Below, in pieces: positions 1-9,011 of a DNA stretch of 64,000 nucleotides. Made by a program: the position numbers and the translations under genes. Source of the stretch: Bacteroidota bacterium (GTDB lineage Bacteria > Bacteroidota > Bacteroidia > Chitinophagales > Chitinophagaceae); NCBI GenBank assembly GCA_023415275.1, contig JAEZLJ010000164.1, forward strand, positions 3,263-67,262. The letters run 5' to 3'. Under the pieces are notes generated by a model. The model worked only from the letters and a program-made list of their open reading frames with translations, did not search any database and was not told where the DNA came from. Numbering within the stretch: position 1 is the stretch's first letter; every line of letters begins with the position of its first letter.

Positions 1-1
1 A

Positions 2-673
2 GAAGTGAGAGCGCTGCAATGGTCGCACAGGAATTACTATTTTGCTTTTTTTGGCAAGCCCGGAGACAGTACCTGGGGTTATAAATTAGAAGGGCACCAC
101 CTATCTGTCAACTTTACTTTTACAGGACAGAAAATTTCTGTGACTCCATTGTTTGTGGGTACAGACCCTGCAGAGTATGACATTTCTGAATACGCAGGAT
201 GGCGCATATTAGGACAGGAAGAAGATTTGGGCATGCAGCTTATCAATATGCTTTCTCCTTCACAACAGAAGAAAGCTACACTGAGCCAGAAAGTGCCGGA
301 AGACGTTATTACCAGTGCAGAAAGTGGTAAACGCTTAGTAGATTATTGGGGGATCAAAGCTGCAGAACTGACAAAGCAACAGAAAGATTTACTGCAATCC
401 ATTATCCGTGAATTTGTTTTCAACCTTGAGTATGAAAAAGCTATGACTGAATATGAAAAAATAATCAAGGCTGGCATTGATAATATATATTTTGGCTGGA
501 TCGGATCTTATAAGGAACACGAGAATTACTATTACATTGTAAATGGTCCCGGTTTTCTGATTGAATTTGACAACAGGAACAAGGGTAACCATGTACATGC
601 CATATGGAGAGAAAAGGGAAATGAATTTGGCGAAGACGTATTAAAACAGCATTATCTAAAAGAAAAGCACTAA
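2..673 (+). CDS. DUF3500 domain-containing protein, 5' end truncated by the window edge
   Basis: The reading frame is open from the first bases of the window. The motif WGYKLEGHHLSVNFTF and the C-terminal IEFDN...GNHVHAIWRE are typical of DUF3500 proteins as I remember them. Confidence 0.7.
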   Translation, partial: EVRALQWSHRNYYFAFFGKPGDSTWGYKLEGHHLSVNFTFTGQKISVTPLFVGTDPAEYDISEYAGWRILGQEEDLGMQLINMLSPSQQKKATLSQKVPEDVITSAESGKRLVDYWGIKAAELTKQQKDLLQSIIREFVFNLEYEKAMTEYEKIIKAGIDNIYFGWIGSYKEHENYYYIVNGPGFLIEFDNRNKGNHVHAIWREKGNEFGEDVLKQHYLKEKH

Positions 674-831
674 AGCACAACTTAAGCTACTTATCTATGC
701 TGATTTTATTAATGTTATCTCAATAATAGTTTGAACTTGAGTTATATAATTAAAGGTGCGAAATACTAAAATGCCTATAATCTCAAACCCTGTGAAATAT
801 TGATATCAATTGTAAACCAAAACGAGGTGAC

Positions 832-1377
832 ATGAAAAAAATGAGCCTGCTTATTATTGTGGCAACCGCACTATTCTCTTGTAACAATAAAATTGCCACT
901 CGTAAAGTAAATTATCCTTCATTTGATATCAATGGTGAAATCAATAAGAATAAAGTGGGTGCTGTAACTTATTATAGAAATATTCAGATAGACTCTATAA
1001 TCAATGCATTAATAAAAATTGATTCAATAGGAACCAGTTTAGGGAAAAGCAATGATAATGCGCCATACTTAATAACTGTGCGTACAAAAACCGGCTTTGT
1101 AGAGATCCATGAACAAATGGACGATATAGCCATCATCCGCTCGGGACATGGAACTCTTAAAACCAGTTACCTGGTGTCAGGAGATATCAGGACATCGGGT
1201 GAGGAACCATGGCGGAATTGGTATTGTGATAGAATAGAAAGCGCCCATGAACAAAAACTATCACCCGGCGACTTTATTATTATTCCGGCTATGACAGCAC
1301 ACCAATATATACCTGAGGGCAACGATACGTTAACATATTGGACCATAAAAGTAAAACGTTTGAAAAACAATAAGTAA
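832..1377 (+). CDS. Lipoprotein with a C-terminal cupin-like domain
   Basis: The N-terminus MKKMSLLIIVATALFSC is a lipobox-type signal. The C-terminal GDFIIIPAMTAHQYIPEG resembles cupin motif 2. The region is AT-rich. Confidence 0.55.
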   Translation: MKKMSLLIIVATALFSCNNKIATRKVNYPSFDINGEINKNKVGAVTYYRNIQIDSIINALIKIDSIGTSLGKSNDNAPYLITVRTKTGFVEIHEQMDDIAIIRSGHGTLKTSYLVSGDIRTSGEEPWRNWYCDRIESAHEQKLSPGDFIIIPAMTAHQYIPEGNDTLTYWTIKVKRLKNNK

Positions 1378-1785
1378 CCCTGTACTATGCTTCTGCATAA
1401 TTAGTTTTTTATAATGCGTTGAAAACCGGAGTCTGTTAATCCACTAAAAATAAAAGAAAAGGAAGTACTTACAGAAGTGATTGTTGCAAGTGGGGCTGAT
1501 AGCATTTGCTTATCTTCTTCTATTAGTATACTTTAAGGCCGAAGCAGTTAAGTCAAAAAGGCTTTTAGCTAATTTATTAAGTGAAGTTTCAAGTTCTTCT
1601 TACACACATGGACTCATTCGTTAAATATCTGACTGAACTATAAAGCATTCACAGAAAATGGATAGAAGTTATGTCTTTACAATTTAACTTTAATAAGCAT
1701 CATGTAGTAAATGATATAGTTGTTTTTTGCAAATCTTTATTGGTAAAAAATTAGAAAACATTACAGTCCGGTTCTAGTAGAGATC

Positions 1786-2499
1786 ATGAAGATTATAACA
1801 TGGAATTGCAATATGGCTTTCAGAAGAAAAGCTCATGCTATTTTGGCTCATAAGCCAGACATCCTTGTTATTCCAGAATGTGAGCATCCGGACAAACTTA
1901 TATTCAAAGACGATATTATAAAACCCTCCAATACTTTATGGTTTGGAAAGAATAGAAATAAAGGACTCGCTATATTATCATTTTCGGATCTAACATTCAA
2001 AGTATTGGATAATTACAATGTGAACTTAAGGATGATCATTCCAATACAGGTTACAGGCGAGGGCGTTGACTTTAACTTATTTGCAGTATGGGCTTATAAC
2101 CCGGACGATAAGGATGGACGATATATTGAGCAGGTGCACAAAGCAATTATTCATTACGAGGACTTGTTATCAAATAAGCCAACTATACTGATTGGTGATT
2201 TTAACAGCAACTCAATCTGGGATAAAAAGCATAGATCCAGCAATCACTCTAACGTAGTAAAGCTTCTTGAGGAAAAAGGTATTTTTAGCATGTATCATTT
2301 ATATAAAAAACAGGCACAGGGAAAAGAACTACATCCCACTTATTACATGTACAGGCATTTAGATAGACCATACCATATAGATTACTGCTTTGCATCTGCC
2401 AACTTTGTTTCGAGATTAAAGTCTGTAGAAATAGGAGACTTTGGCTATTGGAAAAACTATAGTGATCATACTCCTTTGATAGTTGAATTCAATAATTAA
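1786..2499 (+). CDS. Endonuclease/exonuclease/phosphatase (EEP) family protein
   Basis: It starts MKIITWNCN, has PDILVIPE and GDFN motifs, and ends with SDHTPLIVEF. These are the hallmark EEP catalytic motifs. There is no signal peptide. Confidence 0.8.
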   Translation: MKIITWNCNMAFRRKAHAILAHKPDILVIPECEHPDKLIFKDDIIKPSNTLWFGKNRNKGLAILSFSDLTFKVLDNYNVNLRMIIPIQVTGEGVDFNLFAVWAYNPDDKDGRYIEQVHKAIIHYEDLLSNKPTILIGDFNSNSIWDKKHRSSNHSNVVKLLEEKGIFSMYHLYKKQAQGKELHPTYYMYRHLDRPYHIDYCFASANFVSRLKSVEIGDFGYWKNYSDHTPLIVEFNN

Positions 2500-2529
2500 G
2501 TTGTGTAGTCATCATGTCAAAATAATATT

Positions 2530-3024
2530 ATGAAACCGTTTGTAACAATATTTCTCCAGGTGGTCATTGTGCTTATAGCCATTGCAGCATTGGTCCTGAT
2601 GATAAGGCTGCCTATGACTGAAGGAAGGGCCAAAAACCTGGACTGGGTAGATATATATCTTGATCCATTCCTCTTATATGGATACGCAGCTTCTATCGCC
2701 CTATTTGTGGGGCTGTATAAAGCGTTTAAATTGCTTGGCCACATCAGGCAAAACCAGGTGTTCTCACAACACTCTGTGAATGCCATAAGAAGCATTGAAC
2801 AGTGTGCTATCGCATTTAGTATCCTGATTATAGCGGCAGGAATATACATCAGGATTTTTCATGCAAAAGATGATGACCCCGCAGGTTTCCTGGCCATATG
2901 CATGGTGATAGTACTCCTTTCTATGGTAGTGGCTGCAGCTGCTGAAGTATTTAAAGCAACCTTACAAAAAGGTCTCGATCTAAAATCAGAAAACGAAACA
3001 CTCACTGCGCAGCTAAAGAAATGA
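2530..3024 (+). CDS. DUF2975-like four-TM membrane protein
   Basis: It has four hydrophobic segments. The N-terminal layout (TM, then RLPMTEG...LDPFLLYGY) resembles DUF2975. It lies 30 nt downstream of the EEP gene. Confidence 0.55.
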   Translation: MKPFVTIFLQVVIVLIAIAALVLMIRLPMTEGRAKNLDWVDIYLDPFLLYGYAASIALFVGLYKAFKLLGHIRQNQVFSQHSVNAIRSIEQCAIAFSILIIAAGIYIRIFHAKDDDPAGFLAICMVIVLLSMVVAAAAEVFKATLQKGLDLKSENETLTAQLKK

Positions 3025-3215
3025 ATTGGTTTTGCAACGCCATGATATTGTAATGTATGCATAGGTTGAATAAAACCTGGTGCAACTCATGTATTATTAT
3101 AACTCACCCATTTTACCAGGGTTCCACTAACTTTAGGTAGCCTATTCCCCTACTGTAAGACATGCAAGCCTCCCTTGCAAAACTCTATTAATTGTCAACT
3201 CTTAAACAGTTTACA

Positions 3216-4136
3216 ATGAAAAAGCAGTTCTTACAACAAAACCTGTTTTGGCTATTGCTTTTATCTTATGGCTGCCACGACAGCTATACAGGCAAAACCT
3301 CAATCATTACCCCGACTGGTGATCCTGGAGTAAAGTCTATTTTCATTAATGGCGACAGCCTGCATTATATTGACATTGGGAAGGGTGAACCTGTGGTATT
3401 TGTTCATGGCGCACTGGGCGACTACCGCACCTGGCGATCGCAAGTGGACCAGTTTGCCAGAAATCACCGGGTCATTGCCTACAGCCGCCGCTATGCATGG
3501 CCTAATCAGAAAACCATGATGGATGATTCCAAACACAGCTTTGTTTCTCATGGTAAGGATCTAACGGAATTTCTAAAAAAGCTTCGTCTTCCACCAGTGC
3601 ACCTGGTGGGACATTCCTCAGGTGCTTTTATTGCTTTGCTGGCAGCAATAGATCATCCTGAACTGGTTCGAAGTCTCACCCTTGGTGAGCCGCCGGTCAT
3701 GTCTCTGTTGCCTCCACCTTCCCCATCGGATGTCAATCCATTTGCCAGGGCCGTAGTAGCATTTTCAAATAATGAACAGCAAAAAGCCGTGCAGGAATTT
3801 GTTTCCGTTGTTACAGGCGACAGCACTTACTTTTCCAAATTACCGCAAATGGACCGGGAAGTAATGATGATGAATACCCAGGAAGCCAGGGCGAATGCTA
3901 CACTGCAAAATATAATGCCCCTCACTAGTTGCGATGATCTGAAAAGGATCACATGCCCTGTATTATTGGTGGGAGGAGATCAATCCCCATCCTTTTTTCC
4001 AGCCATCTTAAATAAGATGGAACCTTGCTTACGTAACAAAGAAAGAGTCACCCTGCAGCGTACTTCCCATGGGCTTGAATATGAAAGTCCATTTGAGTTT
4101 AATAAAGTAGTACTAAGCTTCATTGATAAACATTAG
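3216..4136 (+). CDS. Alpha/beta hydrolase lipoprotein
   Basis: It has the VVFVHGALGD oxyanion region and a GHSSG nucleophile elbow. The signal LLLLSYGC is a lipobox. The ATG at 3216 is preferred over the TTG at 3192. Confidence 0.85.
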   Translation: MKKQFLQQNLFWLLLLSYGCHDSYTGKTSIITPTGDPGVKSIFINGDSLHYIDIGKGEPVVFVHGALGDYRTWRSQVDQFARNHRVIAYSRRYAWPNQKTMMDDSKHSFVSHGKDLTEFLKKLRLPPVHLVGHSSGAFIALLAAIDHPELVRSLTLGEPPVMSLLPPPSPSDVNPFARAVVAFSNNEQQKAVQEFVSVVTGDSTYFSKLPQMDREVMMMNTQEARANATLQNIMPLTSCDDLKRITCPVLLVGGDQSPSFFPAILNKMEPCLRNKERVTLQRTSHGLEYESPFEFNKVVLSFIDKH

Positions 4137-4419
4137 TATGTAATCATTATGGATGTATAAGAAGATCGATGCCTATCCTTTGGTCTTTCCTGGTACCAGT
4201 TAGGTGCAAAACAAGCCAGGCCAGGGATGGCAGGTATGTACTTTAGAAATGATAGGTACATATAAAGCATCTCTAGCACTATGCTCGACTGAGACACAAA
4301 CACCAGTACACAATACAAAGAAAAAGCCAGCGTTCCATATGCAGGATAAAGGCCTCTTCGTATCTTACAGGGAGTGTTCTTTCTATGCAATGATGCTCTT
4401 AACCTAAAAATCAAAACCA

Positions 4420-5094
4420 ATGATCTTGCCTGACCTTCACCAGCTTGCGTTATGTAAGCAGCTTTTATTGGCTGCGGCATTATTTACCGGCACAATGTTT
4501 ACCAATGCCCAGACAACTATTGCAGTATCTCCAAACAAAATGAATGTACTGTATATAGGTGTTGACAACCCTGTTTCGGTGGCAGCATCCGGAGGCGCCG
4601 ATTCAAAACTCACCGTTAGCATCAATGGTGGGGCTGGCACTATTTCGAAAACCGGTGCAGGCCTTTACAATGTGCACGTGGAAGAAGTGACCGATGATTG
4701 TGTGATCAGCGTGTATGTGGATGAAAAAATTGCAGGCACTACCACCTTCAGGGTGCGGCGTTTACCCACTCCTTTCGGCACCATTGGTGGATACAAATCC
4801 GGCGATAACATATCATCGGCTGTATTCCAGGGCCAGGCTGGAGTAGGTGTCTATCTTATAGATTTCCCCTTTGATGTTCACTACCAGGTGGCCGGGTACA
4901 CATTCACTGTTGATACTGATAAAGGCGATGTGATGACGGTTGATTGCGAAGGTGCTTCATTTTCTCCAAGGGCAAAAGAAGTGATCGCACAACAAGTAAA
5001 GCCCGGAAGAACTGTCACCATTGACAAGATCCGCGTAAAAGATGCAGGTGGCAAAGAATTAAAGGTGCCATCATTGGTTTATTTTATCAAATAG
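4420..5094 (+). CDS. Secreted protein made of GldM C-terminal-type domains
   Basis: A signal peptide is followed by SPNKMNVLYIGVDNPVSV. Later come FRVRRLPTP...IDFPFDVHYQVAGYTFTV...IDKIRVKDAGG, which match the repeated C-terminal Ig-like modules of gliding/T9SS protein GldM. Confidence 0.6.
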   Translation: MILPDLHQLALCKQLLLAAALFTGTMFTNAQTTIAVSPNKMNVLYIGVDNPVSVAASGGADSKLTVSINGGAGTISKTGAGLYNVHVEEVTDDCVISVYVDEKIAGTTTFRVRRLPTPFGTIGGYKSGDNISSAVFQGQAGVGVYLIDFPFDVHYQVAGYTFTVDTDKGDVMTVDCEGASFSPRAKEVIAQQVKPGRTVTIDKIRVKDAGGKELKVPSLVYFIK

Positions 5095-5103
5095 TCATCG
5101 CCC

Positions 5104-5706
5104 ATGAGAAAAATAACGGTATTATCAATGATCACTCTGGATGGAGTGATGCAAGCACCAGGGGCTCCAGGGGAAGACACTTCAGGTGGTTTCAAGTATG
5201 GCGGCTGGGTGGCACCGTATGGCGACGAGGTGATTGGAAAAGTCATGCAAAAAGTAATGAGGCCATCAGATCTTCTGTTGGGCAGGAAGACCTTCGAGAT
5301 CTGGGAGAATTACTGGCCACAACATGAGGCAGGATGGCCGGGCATCAATGACGTGACCAAATATGTTCTTTCCACTACCAGGAAAAGCTCGGATTGGAAA
5401 AACTCGGTTTTTCTTGATAACCTGGAATCTATTCGAAAGCTTAAGGATTCAACCGCTGACGGCACTTCCGATCTGCAGGTTTGGGGCAGCAGCCAACTGG
5501 TACAATTGTTACTTCGGCATGACCTGGTTGACGAACTTTGGCTCAAGATCCATCCGCTGACTCTTGGCACAGGAAAGAAGCTGTTCCAGGATGGACCGAT
5601 TCCCGCAGCCTTTACATTATTAGATAGCGTGGTTACACCCAGTGGAGTGATCGTTGCCAGCTATAAGCGTGACGGTGATGTAAAAACAGGTACGGTTGGC
5701 AGTTAG
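5104..5706 (+). CDS. Dihydrofolate reductase family protein (RibD C-terminal domain type)
   Basis: The N-terminus MRKITVLSMITLDGVMQAPG...GGFKYGGW and the C-terminal LKIHPLTLGTGKKLF are typical of this family. Confidence 0.85.
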   Translation: MRKITVLSMITLDGVMQAPGAPGEDTSGGFKYGGWVAPYGDEVIGKVMQKVMRPSDLLLGRKTFEIWENYWPQHEAGWPGINDVTKYVLSTTRKSSDWKNSVFLDNLESIRKLKDSTADGTSDLQVWGSSQLVQLLLRHDLVDELWLKIHPLTLGTGKKLFQDGPIPAAFTLLDSVVTPSGVIVASYKRDGDVKTGTVGS

Positions 5707-5939
5707 TAATTTATGTTATGCTCATGTTTAATAAGGATGTGCGCAAGATGAGTTAAAAGTAAACTTCCCCAGCTGGGTTAGTACTAAGAATTTTATTTAG
5801 AACATAATGGTATCCCAGAAATCAGACACAGAAGAATGTGTGAACTGCTGCTGGTTAATGGTTACATAACATATTGTATTATACATTCGTTGGACATTTG
5901 TTTTCTTTTTAAACAATACAACCTAATTAACAAGAGAAG

Positions 5940-6617
5940 ATGAAAATTCCGGCGGCGTGGTCAACATCTCACCTCGTGAACTGTTTAGTTTTATTTCTAT
6001 TTTATATTACAGCGTCCTGTCACCTGGCTGATAAGGCTGATGAAATGCCTCAAATGGAAGCTTCAGTAACCGATTCGCTGCTTACCACTATTACTCCTGG
6101 TATAGGGAAAAAATATGCAATGGATGAAATATATAGTCAGTACATCAGCCCAGAACTTCTTTCCTATTTAGAAAAAGCACACCCCTACTGGTCTATACCT
6201 GATCACAACCAATGGTATCCACAATTATTCAACAAATACAAGACCGATCATTCCCTGGTTAATTATATAACGGGTGATTTTGATTGTAATGGAAAGAAAG
6301 ACCATGCATTGATAGTAGATAAGGGAAAAACCGGATTAGCTGCAGTGGCTTTTCTTGGCCAAAATGATAGTTTTACCACCGTAGAGTTAACAGAGCTTAC
6401 GCAACATGATCGTGAAAAAATTGATTATCTCCTTTCCCTATACAAACCTGGTCGCTATGATATAGATGATCCTGACTTAAAACCATCTGACCCGGCTTTT
6501 GTGAAACTCAAATGCAATAGTATAGGCATTGGACCATTCAAGGAATTATATGAAGGAGGTGATGAGGTGTATTACTGGGAACAAAACGAATTGCGCTCAT
6601 GCGTGATCGGAAAGTAA
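5940..6617 (+). CDS. Hypothetical lipoprotein
   Basis: This is a long ORF with a hydrophobic N-terminus ending in ITASC. I recognise no family. Confidence 0.5.
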   Translation: MKIPAAWSTSHLVNCLVLFLFYITASCHLADKADEMPQMEASVTDSLLTTITPGIGKKYAMDEIYSQYISPELLSYLEKAHPYWSIPDHNQWYPQLFNKYKTDHSLVNYITGDFDCNGKKDHALIVDKGKTGLAAVAFLGQNDSFTTVELTELTQHDREKIDYLLSLYKPGRYDIDDPDLKPSDPAFVKLKCNSIGIGPFKELYEGGDEVYYWEQNELRSCVIGK

Positions 6618-6730
6618 TACCAGGAAAATGTTTATTGGATCTGTGACTCGAATTGTAGTTCCCGGGAATGTATAAGACAGCCAGTATTCAAGTTCCACAT
6701 TTTTACTTTTTACTTTTAAATGTTGACTTC

Positions 6731-7699
6731 TCAAACTCTCCCGATCATCATCTTCGTATAGATCTTTGCCGCATTGATCAGCATAGTAGCATCTGTATGC
6801 ATTTTTAGGGCTTCACATATTTGAAGGTGTGTGCTTCGTTTATTCTGGGTGCGGTGCCAGATCAGGTTGGCAATGGTCAATGCATAATGTGCATAGTGCT
6901 TGCTGGCAGCCCTGTACACCTGCTTTCTTTGTTCACGGGGTACCAGGTTTTGAATGGCATTAATGACCCATCGTATGTCGCGTATGTTATGAGCATTAGT
7001 AAAGGAGGCACTGGAAATGGAGTCTGTATGCATGCGGTACTCTGCCAGTATCTCCGGCGTATAAGCCACCTGGTAATGAGCGGCAATACGGGCCCACATT
7101 TCCCAATCTTCTCCATAATTCACACCATAATAACCCCCCAGCTTTTCATATACTTCCCGCTTCACCGTGATGGTGCAGAATTGGAGCCGTTGTTTGCTGG
7201 CGATCTTGAACAGCCAGTTTTCCAGCACCCCATCATGATCCATTTCCTGTGTATGTGTCCATAATATGTTTCCATTTTCATCTATGGTATCATAACGGCA
7301 AAAGGCAGCGCCTATCTGTGGGTATTGACGGAACAAGGATCCCATCTTTTCATAATATCCCTTCCTTACACGGTCGTCTCCATGTAGTAAATGCACCAGC
7401 CGTCCATACGACAAATTAATACAGGTTTCAAAATTCTTAAGGCTGCCCACGTTGCGTGGCTGACGATGGTACTTCACCCTGCCTTTGCCCAATTGCTGAA
7501 CCAGCTCTTCTACATTGGTATCGGTGCTGGCATCATCAACTACCATTATTTGCATTTGATCCTGCCCAGGGTCTTGTTGTAAGATGCTATCCAGTGTGGA
7601 GGGAAGCAGGTGGGAACTGTTATATACAGGTATCATCACGGACCATAGGGGTCGTCCGGGCATGTCAGGGTATGGCTTTATAATGGGTGGTGACTTCAT
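6731..7699 (-). CDS. Glycosyltransferase family 2
   Basis: VMIPVYNSSHLLPSTLDSILQQ...VVDDASTD is the classic GT2 N-terminal signature. Confidence 0.85.
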   Translation of the reverse strand: MKSPPIIKPYPDMPGRPLWSVMIPVYNSSHLLPSTLDSILQQDPGQDQMQIMVVDDASTDTNVEELVQQLGKGRVKYHRQPRNVGSLKNFETCINLSYGRLVHLLHGDDRVRKGYYEKMGSLFRQYPQIGAAFCRYDTIDENGNILWTHTQEMDHDGVLENWLFKIASKQRLQFCTITVKREVYEKLGGYYGVNYGEDWEMWARIAAHYQVAYTPEILAEYRMHTDSISSASFTNAHNIRDIRWVINAIQNLVPREQRKQVYRAASKHYAHYALTIANLIWHRTQNKRSTHLQICEALKMHTDATMLINAAKIYTKMMIGRV

Positions 7700-7849
7700 T
7701 TTATCTCACAGTAGCAGTAGCGACCACAAGAATAGAAAAAATAATTAAGAAATTATAACATATGTCAAAAGACTTTGGGTGTTACTCCCAATATGGTATC
7801 ACGGCCTTTATAAACGAAAGAAATGCTAATAGAGTATATTGTATCAGGG

Positions 7850-8989
7850 ATGGCGAAGTCCAATTACATAAAACCACTGGATGGCGTGAGGGCTATAGCA
7901 GTTATCCTGGTGCTCATTTGGCACTGGCTACCAAAGGACAGCTACCTGAATGCTGTCCGGACAGGGCCCTTTGGTGTGACGGTGTTTTTTGTGCTGAGTG
8001 GCTTTTTGATTACGCGGATCTTGCTGGAGAACCGCAATGAAGCAGAAGCACTATCCCATTCCACTTCTTCTATCCTTAAGAACTTTTACATACGCCGGGT
8101 ATTGCGCATATTTCCAGCTTATTATTTTACTCTTTTTTTGGTGGAGATCTTTCACCATAGACTGAATCTTCCCTTTCCGCGGCAGGAGCTTTTGGCCAAC
8201 CTGAGTTATACTTCTAACTTCTATGTATTCAACATTCATTCATGGCCTGCCCTGACACCACATTTCTGGTCACTGGCTGTGGAGGAACAGTTTTACCTGG
8301 TATGGCCATTGGCCATGCTGTTCATTCCAAAGAAATTCCTGCTGCACCTGGTGGGCTTATTCATTGGCATAGGCATCATCAGCCAGTTCTTAGCTAGTGA
8401 TCCCGAATTCAGTTATGTATTGCCTCAAACCTGCCTGGATGCTTTGGGATTGGGAGGCTTGCTGGCCTGGATCATGGTTTTCAAACCACATTGGTTGAGA
8501 AAGACCTACCGGTTGATGAACATTGCTGCGCTAGCCGGTTTGCTGATCATGATACTGGATTGGTGCGGATGGCAGTTTTACCACCAATGGAGAATACTGT
8601 ATTCCATTTTTGGCTGCTGGATGATCTGTTATATACTGGTGCATCAACACCAGCGAACAGTAATCCTGAGGTTATTGAACAATCCTTTATTGATAAGGGT
8701 AGGCAAGGTAAGTTATGGCATGTACCTCTATCATGTGTTGTACTTCTATTTGTTGTGGTATAAAACCATGGAACTGTTCAACCGGCTGATCCCTTTCATT
8801 CCGGCTAACTACTACCCTTACCTGTTTTTTGCCATTCATACCTGTGTGCTGTACTTCTGTTGCTGGCTGTCATGGACTTTTATGGGAAAGCCTATACTGA
8901 ACCTGAAGCAGCTGTTCACCTATCAACACAAATCGTCTTCAAATCAAAAGTTGCCACTTACAATAGAAGGAGCCGGCTCACGAACGTAA
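7850..8989 (+). CDS. Acyltransferase family 3 membrane protein
   Basis: It has LDGVRAIAVILVLIWH, FFVLSGFLIT and WSLAVEEQFY motifs and about 10 TM segments. The ATG at 7850 is preferred over the one at 7823. Confidence 0.85.
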   Translation: MAKSNYIKPLDGVRAIAVILVLIWHWLPKDSYLNAVRTGPFGVTVFFVLSGFLITRILLENRNEAEALSHSTSSILKNFYIRRVLRIFPAYYFTLFLVEIFHHRLNLPFPRQELLANLSYTSNFYVFNIHSWPALTPHFWSLAVEEQFYLVWPLAMLFIPKKFLLHLVGLFIGIGIISQFLASDPEFSYVLPQTCLDALGLGGLLAWIMVFKPHWLRKTYRLMNIAALAGLLIMILDWCGWQFYHQWRILYSIFGCWMICYILVHQHQRTVILRLLNNPLLIRVGKVSYGMYLYHVLYFYLLWYKTMELFNRLIPFIPANYYPYLFFAIHTCVLYFCCWLSWTFMGKPILNLKQLFTYQHKSSSNQKLPLTIEGAGSRT

Positions 8990-9011
8990 GCCAGCTCTTT
9001 GAATAGTAATA

